From: Gammaproteobacteria bacterium
Lineage (GTDB): Bacteria; Pseudomonadota; Gammaproteobacteria; Natronospirales; REEB76
DNA: 64,000 nucleotides
Direction: 5' to 3'
Assembly: GCA_028870845.1 (NCBI GenBank)
Contig: JAGWOR010000008.1
Coordinates: 5,303 to 69,302, forward strand
Below are positions 1 to 9,128 of the stretch, piece after piece (position 1 is the stretch's first letter; each line of letters starts with the position of its first letter). A model generated the notes under the pieces. It ran no database searches and was not told where the DNA came from. It saw only the letters and a program-made list of their open reading frames with translations. The position numbers and the translations under genes were made by a program.

Positions 1-1332
1 GAGAAGCTGTTCGAGGCCTCCTGGAACCGCACCGAGCGCGGCGGTCCAGACGACACCCGCGCCACCATTGCGCGCCTCGCCCAGTTACGCGCCGAGAAAG
101 CCCACCTGCTGGGTTACCCGGATTTCGCCGCCTGGCGGTTGACCGACCAGATGGCCAGAACGCCCGGCAACGTGGAGCGCTTCCTGCAGCAGCTGGCGCC
201 TGCGTCCACCCATAGGGCCGGTGAGGAAGCCGCCGAACTCCAGCAGATCATCGACAAGGACGGCGGCAAATTCAAACTCCAGCCCTGGGACTGGGATTTC
301 TATGCCGAGCAGCTGCGCAAGCAGAAATACAACCTGGACGAGGCTGAGATCAAACCGTACTTCCAGCTTTACCGGGTGCTGGAGGACGGGGTGTTCTATG
401 CCGCCCATGAACTCTACGGCGTGACCTTCAAACGCCGCCTCGACATCCCGGTGTACCAGAAGGACGTGCGTGTCTATGAAGTGTACGACGCCGACGGCAA
501 GCCGCTGGGATTGTTCTATTGCGATTATTTCAAGCGTGACAACAAGTCCGGCGGCGCCTGGATGGATAATTTCGTGGTGCAATCGAAACTGTTGCACCAG
601 CAGCCGGTGATTTACAACGTGGCCAATTTCTCCAAACCGCCGCCGGGACAGCCCGCGCTAATCAGTTTCAGCGATGTGGTCACCATGTTCCATGAATTCG
701 GGCACGCGCTCAACGGCTTTTTCGCCGACCAGGAATACCCAAGCCTGTCGGGCACCGCCACGGCGCGCGATTTCGTGGAATTCCCCTCGCAGTTCAACGA
801 ACACTGGGCGTCCAATCCCAAGGTGCTGGCGCACTATGCCTTCAATTACAAAAGCGGCAAGCCCATGCCCAAGGCGCTGATGGAGAAGCTCATCAACGCC
901 CACAATTTCAATACCGGCTACAAGATGACGGAACTGGTGGCAGCTGCGGATCTGGACATGCAATGGCACAGCCTGCCGGCCAGTGCTGCATTGCAGAACG
1001 TGGACCAATTCGAAACCGCAGCCTTGAAGAAAACCCAAGTGTATATGCCGCAGGTACCGCCGCGGTACCGTTCCAGTTATTTCCTGCACATCTGGGCCAA
1101 CGGCTATCAGGCGGCCTACTACTCCTATCTGTGGACCGAGATGCTGGCGGATGACGGCTATGCATGGTGCCAGCAGCATGGTGGCCTGACCCGCGCCAAC
1201 GGTCAGCGCTTCCGCGATCTGATCCTGTCGCGCGGCAACACCGAGGACTACGCCAGGATGTTCCGGGCATTTTACGGGCGTGATCCCGAGATCGGCCCGA
1301 TGCTCAAGGACCGCGGTTTGAGCGGTAACTAA
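1..1332 (+). CDS. dcp: Peptidyl-dipeptidase Dcp / M3 family zinc metallopeptidase, 5-prime truncated by the window edge
   Basis: Frame 1 is open from base 1 (EKLFEASWNRTERGG...), upstream of the first ATG at 139. HEFGH zinc motif (TMFHEFGHALNG) and an M3-family C-terminal region. Followed by a terminator. Confidence 0.85.
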   Translation, partial: EKLFEASWNRTERGGPDDTRATIARLAQLRAEKAHLLGYPDFAAWRLTDQMARTPGNVERFLQQLAPASTHRAGEEAAELQQIIDKDGGKFKLQPWDWDFYAEQLRKQKYNLDEAEIKPYFQLYRVLEDGVFYAAHELYGVTFKRRLDIPVYQKDVRVYEVYDADGKPLGLFYCDYFKRDNKSGGAWMDNFVVQSKLLHQQPVIYNVANFSKPPPGQPALISFSDVVTMFHEFGHALNGFFADQEYPSLSGTATARDFVEFPSQFNEHWASNPKVLAHYAFNYKSGKPMPKALMEKLINAHNFNTGYKMTELVAAADLDMQWHSLPASAALQNVDQFETAALKKTQVYMPQVPPRYRSSYFLHIWANGYQAAYYSYLWTEMLADDGYAWCQQHGGLTRANGQRFRDLILSRGNTEDYARMFRAFYGRDPEIGPMLKDRGLSGN

Positions 1333-1349
1333 AATGCAAAATTGACTGC

Positions 1350-1379
1350 GGGCCGGCTGGCAGCCGGCCCGTTTTTTTT
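1350..1379 (+). terminator. Rho-independent terminator after dcp
   Basis: GGGCCGGCT-ggc-AGCCGGCCC perfect 9 bp stem followed by G and T8 (1372-1379). Confidence 0.65.
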
Positions 1380-1402
1380 GCCTCGCCCGCTGGCCGGCGG
1401 CT

Positions 1403-1807
1403 TCAGCCGCCGACGCCCAATCCGCCGCACAACTCCATGAACTGCGCCATACGCAGCCGGGTATCGGATTTTGACGACAACAGCACGCCGGATACGAACG
1501 CAGCCGTCACGAAACCATAGGGATCGCTCCGGGCGCTGGCTTGCAATGCCACCCGCAGGGCTTGCAGCTCACGCCGGCGCCGTGCGTGTTGCCGGCGCCG
1601 GCGGTGCGCTCGCCACAACAGCAACAGGCTGGCGAACACCAGCGGCGCCAGCAGCGCGGCGGCGGTGATGAGGGCCGCATACGCGGGTTTCACCGCCGTG
1701 GCGATGCCCAGATACATGGCCGCGCCCAGGAACAGTACCCCGGCGAATGCACACATCAGCAGGAGTACGGCGGCAGCCGCGGCCAGCGCGACCGGGGCGA
1801 TTCTCAT
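1403..1807 (-). CDS. Small membrane protein, YqjE/phage-holin-family-like partner of the ElaB-like gene
   Basis: Two hydrophobic helices, then an Arg-rich stretch (RAHRRRRQHARRRR). ATGA start/stop overlap with the upstream DUF883 gene, as in yqjD-yqjE type operons. Confidence 0.5.
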   Translation of the reverse strand: MRIAPVALAAAAAVLLLMCAFAGVLFLGAAMYLGIATAVKPAYAALITAAALLAPLVFASLLLLWRAHRRRRQHARRRRELQALRVALQASARSDPYGFVTAAFVSGVLLSSKSDTRLRMAQFMELCGGLGVGG

Positions 1808-2073
1808 GTACGGCGGTTCCGCTCGAGCAGGAAACCCACCAGGAAACCGGCGCCCAAGGCGATCAACAGGCTGGCGAACGGATGTTCGCCGATTTTTTCA
1901 CCGGCCTGGTCCATGGCCTGTTTTGCCTTGTCCCGGCCCAGGCGCGCCTTGTCAGCCATCAGGCCGCGAAGCGTTCCGGCCAGCTCGCTGATATCGGCGC
2001 GCAGTTGTCGCAGTTCGACTTTAAGTTTGGTGGTTTCGGCGCTGGTTGGCGCCTCGTTGGTGATGGTATCCAT
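1804..2073 (-). CDS. DUF883/ElaB/YqjD family ribosome-associated membrane-anchored protein
   Basis: I trimmed the ORF-track ORF 1804..2199 to the internal ATG at 2073, which is preceded by GGGAG. Coiled region (KLKVELRQLRADISELAGTLRGL), then a C-terminal TM anchor (PFASLLIALGAGFLVGFLL) typical of ElaB/YqjD. Confidence 0.75.
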   Translation of the reverse strand: MDTITNEAPTSAETTKLKVELRQLRADISELAGTLRGLMADKARLGRDKAKQAMDQAGEKIGEHPFASLLIALGAGFLVGFLLERNRRT

Positions 2074-2136
2074 GTCATTGACTCCCTGTGATATTCCGTG
2101 ACCATACCAATTAAGCACAACCGGGCCCGGTCGCCA

Positions 2137-2150
2137 ATGACGCAGATCAA
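2137..2150. promoter_or_regulatory. FNR/Anr-type box ATGACGCAGATCAA upstream of the ElaB-like operon
   Basis: TGAC-N4-ATCAA dyad. Its centre is 70.5 nt from the ATG at 2073. An AT-rich hexamer TTAATT (minus strand, 2109-2114) lies 32 bp from the box centre. The 13-mer TGACGCAGATCAA is identical to the site at 11554-11566. Confidence 0.45.
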
Positions 2151-2269
2151 GCCCGGGACATTTGCTCGATTGGATGCCGCCGCCCTTGGGGAAACGCATT
2201 GCCAGGGAGCGATGGCTTGCCTAGAATCGCAGCGAGGCACAGGCGACTGCGGCATGCGGGGGCGGGAGT

Positions 2270-2617
2270 ATGGAGTACACAGGCAGTTGTCATTGTGGCA
2301 AGGTCCGCTACACGGTGGCAGGCGAAATCGGCGAGGTCACGGAGTGCAATTGTTCCATCTGCCGGCGCCGCGGCTACCTGCTGTGGTTCGTGCCGCGCAA
2401 ACAGCTGCATCTACAGACGCCGGACTCGGATCTGTGCTCCTACACTTTCAACACGCATCGTATCCGGCACCGCTTTTGTCCCACCTGCGGCAGTGCACCG
2501 TTCGGCGAAGGCGCGGATTCCATGGGCAATGTGATGGCCGCGGTCAACGTGCGCTGCCTGGAAGACGTGGACCTGGCCGGCCTTAAAGTCAGGCACTTCG
2601 ACGGCCGCAATTTATAA
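2270..2617 (+). CDS. GFA family protein (glutathione-dependent formaldehyde-activating enzyme / CENP-V fold)
   Basis: Characteristic Cys pattern: GSCHCGKV ... CNCSICRRRG ... FCPTCGS. Confidence 0.8.
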   Translation: MEYTGSCHCGKVRYTVAGEIGEVTECNCSICRRRGYLLWFVPRKQLHLQTPDSDLCSYTFNTHRIRHRFCPTCGSAPFGEGADSMGNVMAAVNVRCLEDVDLAGLKVRHFDGRNL

Positions 2618-2736
2618 CAAACTGTAACAACTGCCTTACCTTTCCCAGGTTTAATGTTGCCGCTGCCAGCGGTCAGTAAACTCTTGAGTGTAAGACCGCG
2701 TTATGCATCGCAGGTCCATTCGCAGGAGGTGGCAAC

Positions 2737-3840
2737 ATGAAACGCATGCTCGTGGCATTGTTGATGGCGATGATCTCCGCTGGCTTGGTGTTTGCATTGC
2801 CGGCGACGGCCTCGGCCCAGGCAACTGTGGGCATTTCCGTGGGCTACGCACCGCCGCCGCTGCCCTGGTACCCGCAGCCGGTGTGTCCCGGCGCAGGTTA
2901 TCTCTGGACACCGGGCTATTGGGCGTGGGGCGCGGAGGGCTACTTCTGGGTGCCGGGCAGCTGGGCATTTGCGCCGGCGACAGGCCTGTTATGGACGCCC
3001 GGCTACTGGGCCTGGGATGACGGCCTGTATTGGTGGCATCCCGGTTACTGGGCACAGGACGTGGGTTTCTACGGAGGCATCGACTACGGTTATGGTTATT
3101 ACGGAGCCGGCTATCTGGGCGGCTACTGGCGCGACGGGGATTTCTATTACAACCGCGAGATCGACGACCTGGATGATGGCGGCGGTTATCACGTGTATGA
3201 CGGCCCGGCCCAGCCGCAAGCAGCGTCAAACCATTTGAGTTACAACGGCGGTTATGGCGGCGTGGCCATGCGTCCCACCGCCGCTCAGGAGAAATACGCG
3301 CGCGAGCAACATTGGAAAGCCACCAGCGTGCAGCGTGATCAGGAACGCCTGGCATCAGCCGATCCGCAGCAGCGTTATGCGTTGAATCGCGGGATGCCAC
3401 GAATTGTCGCCACAACCCGGGCCGGGGAGTTTCCGGCCGTGGACAGGATGCCCAGGCAGGCGCAGCTCGGCGGCTACCGTGTCAGCGGCCGGGTGCAAAC
3501 CTTGGAACCTGCCTATGACAGCGCGGTAACGCGGGTGCGTGATCCAATCCCGCAACCCGCGGGTCGCCCCGGGTTGATTTCAGATTCAGGTGGGCGGATG
3601 TGGCTGCCGAAACCGCCGGTGAGCCGCTCTGCCGGGGAGCATGAACGCGTCTACCGGCCGCCGGTAACCCTCCGGACGGACGGCTGGGATTCCCGCAGCA
3701 ACCATCGGTTCACCGCGCCGGAAGATCACAGTGCGCCTGTCCGGCACGACTCCTGGAACAGGCCGCGCTTCCAGCCCATGCATGTAACCCGTTCTAGCGG
3801 GGCGCACAGCAAGGGCGGGCATTTCAAACCGCCGCGCTGA
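2737..3840 (+). CDS. Secreted YXWGXW repeat-containing protein with a long low-complexity C-terminus
   Basis: Signal peptide ending ATASA-QA. Repeated (T)PGYWAW / GYFWVPGSW / PGYWAQ motifs and a Gly/Tyr-rich block. The C-terminal half is Arg/Pro/Ser rich. Confidence 0.7.
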   Translation: MKRMLVALLMAMISAGLVFALPATASAQATVGISVGYAPPPLPWYPQPVCPGAGYLWTPGYWAWGAEGYFWVPGSWAFAPATGLLWTPGYWAWDDGLYWWHPGYWAQDVGFYGGIDYGYGYYGAGYLGGYWRDGDFYYNREIDDLDDGGGYHVYDGPAQPQAASNHLSYNGGYGGVAMRPTAAQEKYAREQHWKATSVQRDQERLASADPQQRYALNRGMPRIVATTRAGEFPAVDRMPRQAQLGGYRVSGRVQTLEPAYDSAVTRVRDPIPQPAGRPGLISDSGGRMWLPKPPVSRSAGEHERVYRPPVTLRTDGWDSRSNHRFTAPEDHSAPVRHDSWNRPRFQPMHVTRSSGAHSKGGHFKPPR

Positions 3841-3867
3841 AGCGCACAGATGTGCATGTCGATATTC

Positions 3868-3899
3868 CCGGGCTGCGCTTTCCAGCAGCCCGGTTTTTT
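3868..3899. terminator. Terminator hairpin between convergent genes
   Basis: CCGGGCTGC-8 nt loop-GCAGCCCGG followed by T6 (3894-3899). Lies between the stop at 3840 (+) and the stop at 3914 (-). Confidence 0.6.
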
Positions 3900-3913
3900 G
3901 GTGAATAAATGGT

Positions 3914-5173
3914 TTAAACCGCAACGCCCGAATCCAGGCGTTGCCGCTGGCGCAGCGCCGGAAACCACCACATCCATAGTCCCACCACCAGCAGCGTGCC
4001 GATGCCGCCGATGAGGGTGGCGGGAATGGTGCCGAACCAGGCGGCGGTAATGCCGGATTCGAATTCACCCAGCTGATTTGAAGTATTGATGAAGATGCCG
4101 TTCACGGCGCTCACGCGGCCGCGCATTTCGTCCGGGGTTTCCAATTGCACCAGCGCAGCGCGGATCACCATGCTGATCATGTCGAGGGCGCCCAGGATCA
4201 CCAGCGCCAGCATTGACAACCAGAATGACCTGGATAGCGCGAATATGATGGTGGCCGCACCGAAACCGGCCACCGAGGCGAACATGGTGTAGCCCACGCG
4301 CCGTTTGAGCTGGCTGTGCGCCAGCCACACTCCCATGCACAGCGCGCCCATGGCGGGCGCGGCGCGCAGCAGGCCCAACCCCCAGGGGCCGGTGTGCAGG
4401 ATGTCGCGCGCGTATATCGGCAGCAGGGCGGTGGCTCCACCCAGCAGCACTGCAAACAGGTCCAGGGAAATGGCACCCAGCACCACCGGGCGGTGGCGTA
4501 TGAAAGTGATGCCGGCGAACACGGTGCGCAGGGTGGGCGGCTCGCGCGCCACGCGCGGGCGGTCGGTGCGTAGCCGCCACATGAGGAAAGCCGCGGTCAG
4601 GTACAGCAATCCGGACACCGAGTACACCACCCCCGGCCCGGCCACGTACAAAAAGCCCCCCAGCGCCGGGCCGACGATCATGGCCGTCTGCATGGCCGAG
4701 GAGCTGGCGGCCATGGCCCGCGGATACAGCGGTAGCGGCACCAGCCGTGGCAACAGCGCCTGCAAGGTCGGAAACTCGAAGGCCTTGGCCACGCCAATCA
4801 CGAAGATCAGCGCCAGGATTGCGGCTTCGTGGAACCAGTGCAGAAAACTGCCCACTGCAAGCAGCACAACTGCGCAGCCCTCGATCAACTGGCAAACGAA
4901 TACCACACGTTTGCGTTCGTAACGGTCGGCCACGTGCCCCGCCAACAGCGCCAGCGAGATGGAAGGTATGAACTGCACCAGGCCGATCATGCCGAGATCG
5001 AAGGCCCGGTGGGTCATGGCGTAGATCTGCCAGCCCACTGCCACCGAAAGCATCTGGAAGGCGAAGCCGGATGCGCCGCGGGCAAACCAGAATTGCAGGA
5101 ACGCGGGTTGCCGCCGCAGCGAGTGTTCCGCGTCTGAAACTACGCCGGGTGTTTCGGGCATGGAGGAGGGCAT
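3914..5173 (-). CDS. MFS transporter (EntS/MFS_3-like)
   Basis: 419 aa, about 12 predicted hydrophobic helices, with a typical MFS loop (GHVADRYERKRV). Confidence 0.75.
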   Translation of the reverse strand: MPSSMPETPGVVSDAEHSLRRQPAFLQFWFARGASGFAFQMLSVAVGWQIYAMTHRAFDLGMIGLVQFIPSISLALLAGHVADRYERKRVVFVCQLIEGCAVVLLAVGSFLHWFHEAAILALIFVIGVAKAFEFPTLQALLPRLVPLPLYPRAMAASSSAMQTAMIVGPALGGFLYVAGPGVVYSVSGLLYLTAAFLMWRLRTDRPRVAREPPTLRTVFAGITFIRHRPVVLGAISLDLFAVLLGGATALLPIYARDILHTGPWGLGLLRAAPAMGALCMGVWLAHSQLKRRVGYTMFASVAGFGAATIIFALSRSFWLSMLALVILGALDMISMVIRAALVQLETPDEMRGRVSAVNGIFINTSNQLGEFESGITAAWFGTIPATLIGGIGTLLVVGLWMWWFPALRQRQRLDSGVAV

Positions 5174-5265
5174 GATGCAACCGCGCGACAGTGTAACAGC
5201 TGTACCCGGCGGTCTGGTTGATCGCGGCGCGGTTTATTCACCAGTTCCCAACCGTCGCCTGCGCT

Positions 5266-6015
5266 TCAATCTTCCTGCAGCCATTTGTGGGCGTGATCGG
5301 GTTCACCACAGCGCATCAGGATGCTGGCGCGCACTGCGTCGCGCAGCACCCGGGCGTCGTTGCCGCGGCGTCCGCCGGGCAACAACGGCGTGAGCAACTC
5401 CACTTCCACCCGCCCGGGACGCGGACGCAGTGTTTCGGCAGGCAGAATGCCGCGCGCTCCGCGGATGACCACCGGCACCACTGGCACACCCGCACGGGTG
5501 GCGGCCAAAAAGGCGCCCAGATGAAAGGCCCGCAAACCCGGCTGCCTGCGGAAAGTGCCTTCCGGGAATACCCCCAGGGAAACGCCATCGCGCGCCAGCT
5601 GAATCAGGCGATTGGCGTCCTGGCGCGCAGCTTTGGTGTTGAAGCGTTCCACAAATTCCGAACCCAGCCGCACCAGCAGCCAGCCCAGTACCGGCATGCG
5701 CATGGCTTCGCGTTTGATGACAAAACCGAAGCGCGGCGGCAGGGCGGCGGTCAACAGCGGCCCGTCCAGGTAAGTGGAATGGTTGGATACCAGCACGCAG
5801 GCGCCATCCGGCAGGTTCTGCAACCCGCTGACCACCACCGGGATCCCCGCCAGCCAGAACAGCACGCGGCCCAGCCGGTGCGCCACGCGCCGCCGGCGTA
5901 TGCGTCCTGGCAAAACGATGACGGTGAGCACAGCCGGCGTCCCGAACAACAGGATGACCACCCAGACGCGCAAGGGAAAAACCAGTGAATACAGGGGGTT
6001 CGGGGATTTCCTCAT
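5266..6015 (-). CDS. 1-acyl-sn-glycerol-3-phosphate acyltransferase family (PlsC-like lysophospholipid acyltransferase)
   Basis: N-terminal TM helix, HX4D-type block (VSNHSTYLDGP) and FPEGT motif. Confidence 0.8.
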   Translation of the reverse strand: MRKSPNPLYSLVFPLRVWVVILLFGTPAVLTVIVLPGRIRRRRVAHRLGRVLFWLAGIPVVVSGLQNLPDGACVLVSNHSTYLDGPLLTAALPPRFGFVIKREAMRMPVLGWLLVRLGSEFVERFNTKAARQDANRLIQLARDGVSLGVFPEGTFRRQPGLRAFHLGAFLAATRAGVPVVPVVIRGARGILPAETLRPRPGRVEVELLTPLLPGGRRGNDARVLRDAVRASILMRCGEPDHAHKWLQED

Positions 6016-6194
6016 AGGGCTGCAGGGGAAATACGGTCAGTGAGGCGGGTAGTAAGTACACACATGTGTGCTAATATTTTACATAAAAGAATTTAACGAT
6101 GTCGTGCCGGCAGCATGTAAGGCCCCAGAAACACAACGCTATTACATGCGTTTAGTGTACGAAATAAAAGCTTACCCGAGCGGAGACACAGACA

Positions 6195-7154
6195 ATGAGT
6201 GACGCAACCCTTACAGGTCACACCGCTTTCCATAATGCACAAGAACTGGTTCCACCGGCTGCGGTGAGCGGGCTGAAGGAAATCGAACGTTTTCTCGACG
6301 CCATGTGGTCTGAACGCGGATTGGCGGAGAACACCTTGTCCGCCTACCGCGCAGATCTGGTGGGTTTATGCCGCTGGCTGGATAACCAGCATGTGGCCAT
6401 CCTGCAGGTGCAGCGCGAGCATCTGCTTGATTTTCTCGCCTGGCGAGTGCAGCAGGGCGCTAGGCCGCGTTCCACCGCGCGCCAGCTGTCCAGCATCCGG
6501 CGCTTTTACCGTTATATGCTGCGCGAGGGCCGCATCCACGAGGATCCCAGCACCCGCATCGACATGCCTAAACTCGGGCGTCCGCTGCCCAAATCCCTGA
6601 CTGAAAATGAAGTGGTGGCACTGCTCAAGGCCCCGGATATATCCCAGGCCCTGGGCGTGCGTGACCGCGCCATGCTGGAACTGCTGTATGCCACCGGCCT
6701 GCGGGTGTCGGAGTTGGTGACCTTGCGCATCGACCAGGTGAACCTGCGTCAGGGTGTGGTGCGCGTGCTCGGCAAGGGCAAGCGCGAACGCCTGGTGCCC
6801 ATTGGCGAGGAAGCCCAGAACTGGCTGGAAAAGTACCTGAATGAATCGCGCGCCGAAATCACCGGTTCGCAGCAGAGTGATTTCCTGTTTTCAACGCGCC
6901 GCAGCGAACACATGACGCGCCAGGCGTTCTGGCACATCATCAAGCGCTACGCCCAGAAGGCCGGAATCAGCGTGGCCCTGTCGCCGCATACCCTGAGGCA
7001 TGCGTTCGCCACCCACCTTTTGAACCATGGCGCGGATTTGCGCGTGGTGCAGATGCTGCTGGGCCACAGCGACGTTTCCACCACCCAGATCTATACGCAC
7101 GTGGCTCGTGAACGCCTTAAGGACCTGCATAGCCAGCACCATCCCAGAGGTTGA
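6195..7154 (+). CDS. xerD: Site-specific tyrosine recombinase XerD
   Basis: Full-length Xer-type sequence (LSAYRADL..., ATGLRVSELV, HTLRHAFATHLL, LGHSDVSTTQIYTHV) with the conserved xerD-dsbC neighbourhood. Confidence 0.9.
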   Translation: MSDATLTGHTAFHNAQELVPPAAVSGLKEIERFLDAMWSERGLAENTLSAYRADLVGLCRWLDNQHVAILQVQREHLLDFLAWRVQQGARPRSTARQLSSIRRFYRYMLREGRIHEDPSTRIDMPKLGRPLPKSLTENEVVALLKAPDISQALGVRDRAMLELLYATGLRVSELVTLRIDQVNLRQGVVRVLGKGKRERLVPIGEEAQNWLEKYLNESRAEITGSQQSDFLFSTRRSEHMTRQAFWHIIKRYAQKAGISVALSPHTLRHAFATHLLNHGADLRVVQMLLGHSDVSTTQIYTHVARERLKDLHSQHHPRG

Positions 7155-7191
7155 CTGCCTGCCGGCTTGAAAATAGACTGATCTCAAGAAC

Positions 7192-7935
7192 ATGCGCAAT
7201 GTATTGAGACTCCTGGTTATTGGGCTGTTGCTGGCCACCGCGGCGTCGCACGCCGATGGAATTACCGGCGTGCAGGCCAGGCTGGCAAAACTGCTGGGCA
7301 TCCCGGCGGCAAACATCACACCGGCCCCCATCCCCGACCTGTATCGCGTGACCATCGGTCCGCAAGTGGCCTATATAACTGCGGACGGCCGCTATATCGT
7401 GCGCGGCGACATCATCGATGTTCACAGCGGCGAGAATCTGACCGCCAGCTCGCGCGCCAAGCTGCGGGTGACCTATCTGAAAAAACTGCAGCCTGCGGAC
7501 ATGATCGTGTTCTCTCCTCCCCATCCCAAGCACACCATCACCGTGCTGACCGACATCGACTGCGAGTATTGCCGTGTATTCGAACAGGAACGCCCGCAGT
7601 TGAACTCCATGGGCGTGGCGGTACGCTACATGTTTTACCCGGACGAAGGCATGAATTCGCCCTCCTGGCGCAAGGCCCTGAATGTGTGGTGTGCCAAAGA
7701 CCGCAACACGGCGCTGGAACAGGCCATGCACGGCTATCCGGTGAAAAGCCCGCAGTGTGATGCCGCCAGCATGACGGTGGGTTATCAGTTCGGCAGAATG
7801 ATGGGCGTTACCGGCACGCCGGCCATCATCACCGACCAGGGACAGCTGATCCCCGGCTATCTGCCGCCGGCCTCCCTGGTGGCGTTGCTGAATGAAGGTT
7901 CTCAGCCGCATCCAAAATCCGGCGGTTCCAGGTAA
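7192..7935 (+). CDS. dsbC: Thiol:disulfide interchange protein DsbC
   Basis: Signal peptide, CEYC active site (TDIDCEYC), second Cys pair (WCAKD ... PQCD), GTPAI cis-Pro loop. Confidence 0.85.
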   Translation: MRNVLRLLVIGLLLATAASHADGITGVQARLAKLLGIPAANITPAPIPDLYRVTIGPQVAYITADGRYIVRGDIIDVHSGENLTASSRAKLRVTYLKKLQPADMIVFSPPHPKHTITVLTDIDCEYCRVFEQERPQLNSMGVAVRYMFYPDEGMNSPSWRKALNVWCAKDRNTALEQAMHGYPVKSPQCDAASMTVGYQFGRMMGVTGTPAIITDQGQLIPGYLPPASLVALLNEGSQPHPKSGGSR

Positions 7936-7985
7936 AACAACCGGTCAACCCTCGCGTTCCGGGCGGGTAGTGATCCCGCTTGTGC

Positions 7986-8309
7986 TCAGCGTTCCAGCAG
8001 TTTCAGTTTGTCCGGCTTGCCCTCCCAGTCCTTGGCGTCGGCGGGTGCGGGCTTTTGCTGGGTGAGTACCGGCCAGGATTTGGATAGCTCGGCGTTCAGG
8101 GCGCGGAACTGCTGTTGGTCCTCCGGCAGGTCATCCTCGGCATAGATGGCATTGATGGGGCATTCCGGTTCGCACAGGGTGCAGTCAATGCATTCATCCG
8201 GATCGATGACCAGAAAGTTTGGTCCCTCATGGAAGCAGTCCACGGGACAGACTTCCACGCAGTCCGTATATTTGCACTTGATGCAGTTTTCCGTGACGAC
8301 GAAAGCCAT
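7986..8309 (-). CDS. fdxA: 7Fe ferredoxin FdxA
   Basis: [28 protein letters not shown] ... [12 protein letters not shown], the classic 3Fe-4S/4Fe-4S ferredoxin pattern. Confidence 0.9.
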   Translation of the reverse strand: MAFVVTENCIKCKYTDCVEVCPVDCFHEGPNFLVIDPDECIDCTLCEPECPINAIYAEDDLPEDQQQFRALNAELSKSWPVLTQQKPAPADAKDWEGKPDKLKLLER

Positions 8310-8375
8310 GGGGGTTGCCTCATTTTGCGGGTGCCGGGATCACGATTCTGCCACAGCAGGCTCCGGTTTGCAGTC

Positions 8376-8918
8376 TCAGGATTCGGCGGGTTTATTCCAA
8401 GTGCCGATGTGGCAACTGAACTCGCCACGGCTTCGGTCTGTGAAGAAATATTCCAGCGTCATGCGCACGCTGGCAAATGCGATCTCCGGCCAGGGGATGT
8501 CGGCTTCGCGGAACAGCGCGGTTTCGGTGGTTTCGGCGCCGACGCCGAATGTTCCATCCCGCAGCCGGGCACGGAACATGAAGTGCACCTGGCTCACGTG
8601 CGGCACGCTGATGACTGCCAGCGGCGCCAGCAGTTCCACTTCCGCCAGGGCTTCTTCCCTGGTCTCGCGCAGTGCCGCCTGCTCCAGGGTTTCGCCGTTT
8701 TCCATGAAGCCGGCCGGCAGCGTCCAGTAGCCCTTGCGCGGATCGATGGCGCGGCGGCACAGCAGCAGCTTGTCTTCCCATTCCGGCACGCAGCCCACCA
8801 CCACTTTTGGGTTCTGGTAATGAATGGCGCCGCAGTGCTCGCAACCATGGCGGGGCAGGTGGTCGCCGGGCGGGATCTTGACCACCAGCTGGTGGCCGCA
8901 ATGGCTGCAGTAGTTCAT
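8376..8918 (-). CDS. NUDIX hydrolase with N-terminal zinc ribbon
   Basis: I trimmed ORF 8376..9107 to the ATG at 8918, because the upstream part is a read-through translation of the tRNA. CxxC...CxxC ribbon (CSHCGH ... CEHCG). Nudix box GFMENGETLEQAALRETREEA. Confidence 0.8.
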   Translation of the reverse strand: MNYCSHCGHQLVVKIPPGDHLPRHGCEHCGAIHYQNPKVVVGCVPEWEDKLLLCRRAIDPRKGYWTLPAGFMENGETLEQAALRETREEALAEVELLAPLAVISVPHVSQVHFMFRARLRDGTFGVGAETTETALFREADIPWPEIAFASVRMTLEYFFTDRSRGEFSCHIGTWNKPAES

Positions 8919-8938
8919 TTCAGAGTCGAGAACTTGAT

Positions 8939-9026
8939 TGGTGCCCGGAGTCGGAATCGAACCGACACTCCTTTGAGGGGAACGGGATTTTGAGTCCCGC
9001 GCGTCTACCAGTTCCGCCATCCGGGC
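8939..9026 (-). tRNA. tRNA-Leu (anticodon CAA)
   Basis: Reverse complement reads GCCCGGA-TG-GCGGAACTGGTAGACGC-G-CGGGA-CTCAAAA-TCCCG-long variable arm-GTCGGTTCGATTCCGAC-TCCGGGC-ACCA. 7 bp acceptor stem, 5 bp anticodon stem, loop CT-CAA-AA, T-loop TTCGATT, encoded CCA. Confidence 0.88.
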
Positions 9027-9128
9027 ACGTCTTGCAATGGACCGGCCATGGACGGGCAGGCGGCCGGCGGGTATTTTCCCATAACCCCGGCAGGCTGGCG
9101 ATCCCACGCGGCTTTACCAACCGCGCGT

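Noticed and set aside
4065-5180. 371-aa ORF on the minus strand, an alternative frame of the MFS transporter
   Set aside because: It is on the same strand but in a different frame from the 419-aa MFS ORF. The MFS frame gives 12 hydrophobic helices, whereas this frame gives Arg/Gly/Pro-rich sequence.
6195-7154. Tyrosine recombinase as a possible integrase marking a mobile element
   Set aside because: The sequence and the xerD-dsbC neighbourhood identify it as housekeeping XerD. There are no flanking att-like repeats or cargo genes.
8919-9107. N-terminal extension of the NUDIX ORF (ORF-track start at 9107)
   Set aside because: The extension translates the tRNA-Leu gene (the peptide ...AELVDARDSKSRSPQRSVGSIPTPGT is the classic tRNA read-through). 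The true start is the ATG at 8918.
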